Below the pieces are notes generated by a model. That model saw nothing but the letters and a program-made list of their open reading frames with translations. It made no database searches and was not told the origin of the DNA. 64,000 nucleotides of DNA. It comes from Theionarchaea archaeon. Lineage in GTDB: Archaea > Methanobacteriota_B > Thermococci > Methanofastidiosales > SZ-28-30. Every line of letters starts with the position of its first letter. Within the stretch, counting starts at the first letter, position 1. This document shows, in pieces, positions 60,164 to 64,000 of the stretch. The stretch covers positions 64,001-128,000 of the forward strand of contig JACVGT010000003.1 of NCBI GenBank assembly GCA_018992685.1, written 5' to 3'. The position numbers and the translations under genes are program-made.

Positions 60164-61108
60164 TTATAGCGGATGTTCTCTCCTATTCTGGTAGATGGGA
60201 AGCACGTATTTCAGGTCTTCTGCAATTCCATTGTCCTGCATCCAGTGAAGGATGCCGAAGAATTCTGTGAAAGAAGAACTGCGCAGAATGTTGACCCAGG
60301 CAACGAGATGATTCTCCACTTTGAAGGTCAACCCCGTGCAGGGGAGCTGCAGGAGGAAGTCTGACAGCCCTTTCTCGTAGTCAGTCTTCAGGAGGAGGTA
60401 GAAATCCGCATACATGGAAGCTCCTTCAGGATAGTAGGGGACTGTGACAATGCAATTTTCTTTGACTCGATCATAGCTCTGATAGAAGAGCCACTTCGAG
60501 ATCTTGTGTTTCTTTACAATTTCAGTGAACGTTCTTCTCATATTGTACTTCAGATCGTAAAATAACCGCCATTCCAAATCAGTCCAGACGATTTTTCTTG
60601 AGGGGAGGTCTGTAGAGAGAAACCCTGGTTCCAATTTCTCCTCCTGCAAGTTTTTCTTGAATTCATCGAATACATCCCGATAGGTCGTATGTGTCACGTG
60701 GGTGAAGGAGTAGTCTCCTCGAAATCCTTCCAGTACTGTTTCTTTATGACTGGGATGCGACTCGAAATCCATGGGAGAATCCGTAAACACAATCAGGTCA
60801 AAAGCACCTGACGTTAAACACTGGAAAATTACTCGGGGATTCCCTTCGAGTTCTTGAAAAACTCTCATAGGTTTGTCAAATTGCATGAAGTACACATATT
60901 CCTTCAGATCTTGAAACATCTTGAGTCGTAGTCCGGGAGGGAAAAGGATCTCGTGGTCGATCATGTGGTTGTAGTGAGAGGTTACTGTATTCCTCGCCAG
61001 CCCCAATTTGCGAGATATGCTTGTGAGGGAAATCCTTTCATCCTGAACAAGTTGCTCATAAATGCTGAGACGAATATCCGCTTTTTGTGGTTCAGTCAAT
61101 CTGCTCAC
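60164..61108 (-). CDS. Winged-HTH transcriptional regulator (paralog of 41056-42030)
   Basis: HTH 'LTSISRKLGLARNTV' and a second HTH-like segment after 'W---EW'. Confidence 0.8.
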   Translation of the reverse strand: MSRLTEPQKADIRLSIYEQLVQDERISLTSISRKLGLARNTVTSHYNHMIDHEILFPPGLRLKMFQDLKEYVYFMQFDKPMRVFQELEGNPRVIFQCLTSGAFDLIVFTDSPMDFESHPSHKETVLEGFRGDYSFTHVTHTTYRDVFDEFKKNLQEEKLEPGFLSTDLPSRKIVWTDLEWRLFYDLKYNMRRTFTEIVKKHKISKWLFYQSYDRVKENCIVTVPYYPEGASMYADFYLLLKTDYEKGLSDFLLQLPCTGLTFKVENHLVAWVNILRSSSFTEFFGILHWMQDNGIAEDLKYVLPIYQNRREHPL

Positions 61109-61205
61109 TTTATCTACCCATGTTTTTTTATACAGAAAGTCTATATAAAGATTTGTACCGTTCAGCTCGATAGCTAAACTGGCACAATGTACTATCGCCC
61201 CCCTC

Positions 61206-61230
61206 GAGATCGGTCCACTGGACCGATCTC
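61206..61230. repeat. Perfect 25-bp palindrome
   Basis: GAGATCGGTCCA-C-TGGACCGATCTC, overlapping the stop codon of the upstream minus-strand gene. Confidence 0.85.
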
Positions 61231-62404
61231 ACACCTTCTTTTGGCAGTATTTCTGGGACAGAGCATTCAGGAGCGAGGTGTGAGCTCTGACAATGTGGTG
61301 GATACCGCTCCCGTATTGCAGTGCTTTCTTAGATTTTGAAACAAGTGGCTTCGGGATACCGGCCAAAGCTGCGATCTTTCTGAGGAATTCCTTTCTCCGG
61401 GGGACAAAGTGACGATACGTTGGCACGCCCAGTACTGCTTCTACAAGGTCAGTACCCAGGTAGGGGTACCGTATTATTTTTGAGAAATGTTCAGCAACCT
61501 CACAATCCCGTTCCAGTCCCAGATAGAGATTCTCAAGATCCTTTCTCATCACAGGGTGGACGTGAACTCCCTCCCTGAATGCTTTTTCATATTTGAAGTA
61601 TCCGCCAAAAAGCTCATCTGCTCCCTGGCCAGATATGAGAAGAGTTCCTTCATATTCCCGACAGAGGAAAAAAAGGAGCAGCCCAATTTCAACATTCAGC
61701 AGTGTCACCTCAGAGAGCAACGCACAGACCTGAGGAATGGCTTCCACGATATCATGCGGGGACACCACTATCTCTAGAAGTTCTTCTCCAAGAATGGAGG
61801 CTGCCTCTCGGGCATTTGCTATGTCCTGGGAAGTCTGTAGGCCACAGCTGATAAGAAAGCTGTCAGAAAGAAAAGCCAGCAAGGTACTGTCAATTCCTCC
61901 CGAAAACATGACGGCTGATCCCTTGTCGGTCTGTTGTTGAGTAGTCTTTCGCAGTATGTCCAGAACTTCTGCAGGATTGTCAGTGAACCTCTCTTCCAGC
62001 ATGTGGCGGTAGCAAATGGTTCCCGGCAATCGGACTAGCTCCCCGGGAAGAACTGGCCGGCCACCCTCAATGTTATGGGAGGCAAAATTCTGTCTGCGGT
62101 AATACAGTGGTTTAAGTCCCACAGGGTCTTTCAAGAGATAGGTTCTCCCTTCTTTCCTTACAGCACACGCATATCCGCCTTTGACGGTGTTGAATATGGT
62201 CCTTGCTGCCTGTATGGGATCTGGTTCCACCTCAAAAAAGGTATTCAGGTAGTGAGCAGGATCAGATATTCCGTAAAGGTCTGCATCGCACACCAGATTC
62301 TCACTGATTCCTTCGACCTGAGAACATGCCATGTCCCCCCGCTGCAGGGAAATTTCCATGGATGCTGCCAGTTCTTTCACTTTGTTTCCGCCGCATATTC
62401 TCAT
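61229..62404 (-). CDS. Asparagine synthetase-like protein with degenerate glutaminase domain
   Basis: Motifs DPVGLKPLYY, FSGGIDS, SGQGADELFGGY, R-PYL and KKALQYGSG. Confidence 0.85.
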   Translation of the reverse strand: MRICGGNKVKELAASMEISLQRGDMACSQVEGISENLVCDADLYGISDPAHYLNTFFEVEPDPIQAARTIFNTVKGGYACAVRKEGRTYLLKDPVGLKPLYYRRQNFASHNIEGGRPVLPGELVRLPGTICYRHMLEERFTDNPAEVLDILRKTTQQQTDKGSAVMFSGGIDSTLLAFLSDSFLISCGLQTSQDIANAREAASILGEELLEIVVSPHDIVEAIPQVCALLSEVTLLNVEIGLLLFFLCREYEGTLLISGQGADELFGGYFKYEKAFREGVHVHPVMRKDLENLYLGLERDCEVAEHFSKIIRYPYLGTDLVEAVLGVPTYRHFVPRRKEFLRKIAALAGIPKPLVSKSKKALQYGSGIHHIVRAHTSLLNALSQKYCQKKV

Positions 62405-62455
62405 GAAATGGATTCCGGACGAAAGATTTTTAAGGTTTTGGCAAAAGGATGAATA

Positions 62456-63226
62456 ATGAATGAGGATTTATACCTTCGCATTTATCGCAGATTAAACAAA
62501 AAAGGGGACGTATTTGATCTTTCCAGCAACCTTGAAATCTCTAAGGAAGTATTATTCGCGATTCTATCTCAAAAGATCGTCAGGAAAACAAAACGAGACT
62601 ATCACGGATTGAAACGGCAGAGTTCCAGACTGCTTGAGCAATGGAAAAAAGGGAAGAGCCTCTTGAGATTATCAGAAGAAAGGCACTTTGCCCCCGTCCT
62701 GATTTCATCCTTTGTCCTGAGGGAATTTGGTATCACGAGAAAGGAATTCTATGAGTATCTCAGGAATCCAGAGAAAATAGGAGATCCTAGGATACGGAAG
62801 GAACTTCTGGAAGTTCTTGCGGAAGAGGTGGTATATTCCCCTGAAGCCATTGAGATTCAACACAAGAACGGAAAGTCTGCTGAGAAAAGAATCAGCCAGT
62901 GGCTGGACGAAAAGGGCGTTTCGTACATTACAGAGGGCGACGTCCGTGACCTGTACAAGAAAACCCCTGATTTCCTCCTGCAGGAATGCTTCACCGTTGA
63001 CGGGAATGCAGTGCACTGGGTGGAAAGCAAGGCCTCCTTTGGGGACAAGATCCAGATGAAAGGAGATTATCACAGACAGCTCAAATACTATGTAGATCTC
63101 TTTGGGAGGGGCCTGGTCATATACTGGCATGGATACTTGAATGATTCTGCATGCGTCCAGGACTTCAATTACGATTCTCAGATCCTGATCGCCAATTCTG
63201 GCATAATTGAGGGAGATAATGTTTGA
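62456..63226 (+). CDS. TPD-domain / C15orf41 (CDIN1)-like PD-(D/E)XK nuclease
   Basis: Motifs KTPDFLL, WVESKASFGD and QL--Y---FG-G-VIYW-G. Confidence 0.85.
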   Translation: MNEDLYLRIYRRLNKKGDVFDLSSNLEISKEVLFAILSQKIVRKTKRDYHGLKRQSSRLLEQWKKGKSLLRLSEERHFAPVLISSFVLREFGITRKEFYEYLRNPEKIGDPRIRKELLEVLAEEVVYSPEAIEIQHKNGKSAEKRISQWLDEKGVSYITEGDVRDLYKKTPDFLLQECFTVDGNAVHWVESKASFGDKIQMKGDYHRQLKYYVDLFGRGLVIYWHGYLNDSACVQDFNYDSQILIANSGIIEGDNV

Positions 63227-63770
63227 GCTGAAACGGAAGCTCATACATGGTCTTGGATTATGTGTGCCTGTGATATATTGGATGACCTCAAGGGAGTATA
63301 CGTTGCTGTTTCTGGGAATTGCTGCAACCGGAGCAGTGATCATTGAAGTGTTACGTGCAGTTTGGGAGGATTTTAATAGTTTGCTATTGAAATTATTTGG
63401 CAAGTTTGCCAGAGATCATGAAAGAACGCACATTACTGGAGCAACGTGCTTTTCAATGGCAGCTCTGCTTGTAGTGGCGTTGTTTTCAAAACCTGTGGCA
63501 GTTTCCAGTTTGTTGTTTCTGACTTTGGGGGATTCAATGGCTGCAGTCATTGGAACTCGATTTGGAGTACATCGGATTCAGGGGAAATCTCTGGAAGGAA
63601 GTGCAGCCTGTTTCGGTGTGTGTTCTGTAGTAGGATGGTGTGCTCTGGGATGGGTGGGTGTTGCAGGAGCTGCAGCAGCCACAGTGGTTGAATTGCTGCC
63701 CAGTCCTCTTGATGATAATGTGAGGATTCCCCTGGCATCTGGCAGTGTCATGCATTTACTTCTGATCTAG
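63219..63770 (+). CDS. Dolichol/phytol kinase-like membrane protein (CTP-dependent)
   Basis: Motifs RKLIH, GD--AA--G, KSLEGS and DDN--IP. Confidence 0.88.
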   Translation: MFELKRKLIHGLGLCVPVIYWMTSREYTLLFLGIAATGAVIIEVLRAVWEDFNSLLLKLFGKFARDHERTHITGATCFSMAALLVVALFSKPVAVSSLLFLTLGDSMAAVIGTRFGVHRIQGKSLEGSAACFGVCSVVGWCALGWVGVAGAAAATVVELLPSPLDDNVRIPLASGSVMHLLLI

Positions 63771-63865
63771 TTTCTTCTGGGCAATGATATGACTTCGATT
63801 GTAAGAAAGCTGCCATCCCGATAGAAGCTTCGAAACCTTTAAATAGCTGTGTCTCTTCTCACACC

Positions 63866-64000
63866 ATGATGAAGCTCCCGATAGTAGTGTGTCTTTTGAT
63901 TGTAGCAGCAATAACTGCCTACAGGGATCCAAACATGACTGTCCCAGACCAGGTTGAAATTAAGAGTGGGGAAACGGGACGAATCGAGGTTACCCTGGAA
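63866..64000 (+). CDS. N-terminus of a secreted protein (runs off the window end)
   Basis: MMKLPIVVCLLIVAAITA signal peptide, leaderless start ~28 nt after TTTAAATA, open to the window end. Confidence 0.65.
   Translation, partial: MMKLPIVVCLLIVAAITAYRDPNMTVPDQVEIKSGETGRIEVTLE

Overview
Gene-dense archaeal chromosomal window. Archaeal markers include rps3ae, rps15, Alba, Cdc48, BRE/TATA promoters, many leaderless starts and GGTGA/GGAGG ribosome-binding sites. The gene mix (gyrase B, paralogous wHTH regulators, secreted proteases) suggests a Theionarchaea-like euryarchaeon, but this is inference only. No rRNA, tRNA, CRISPR array or transposase was recognised. Most genes are housekeeping (uppS, ogg, ubiX, htpX, hsp20-cdc48, gyrB, serS, tmk, rdgB, Nop2-type methyltransferase). 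The unusual elements are: (1) a ~10-kb cluster at 41.0-51.3 kb with three divergent CapK/PaaK-like adenylate-forming enzymes, two FemAB-like and one classical GNAT, a flippase and a regulator; (2) a GH3-type acyl-amide synthetase plus B12-radical SAM operon; (3) extensively base-paired 5' leaders in front of these biosynthetic genes, one with a pseudoknot and a mutually exclusive SD-sequestering hairpin, which are candidate archaeal riboswitches or attenuators; (4) a stand-alone ~100-nt structured RNA candidate with its own promoter and terminator; (5) unusual fusions (DHH nuclease-Pcc1, KaiC-HAD, NapH-ferredoxin-thioredoxin). All functional calls come from motif recognition by eye. No searches or folding programs were run.
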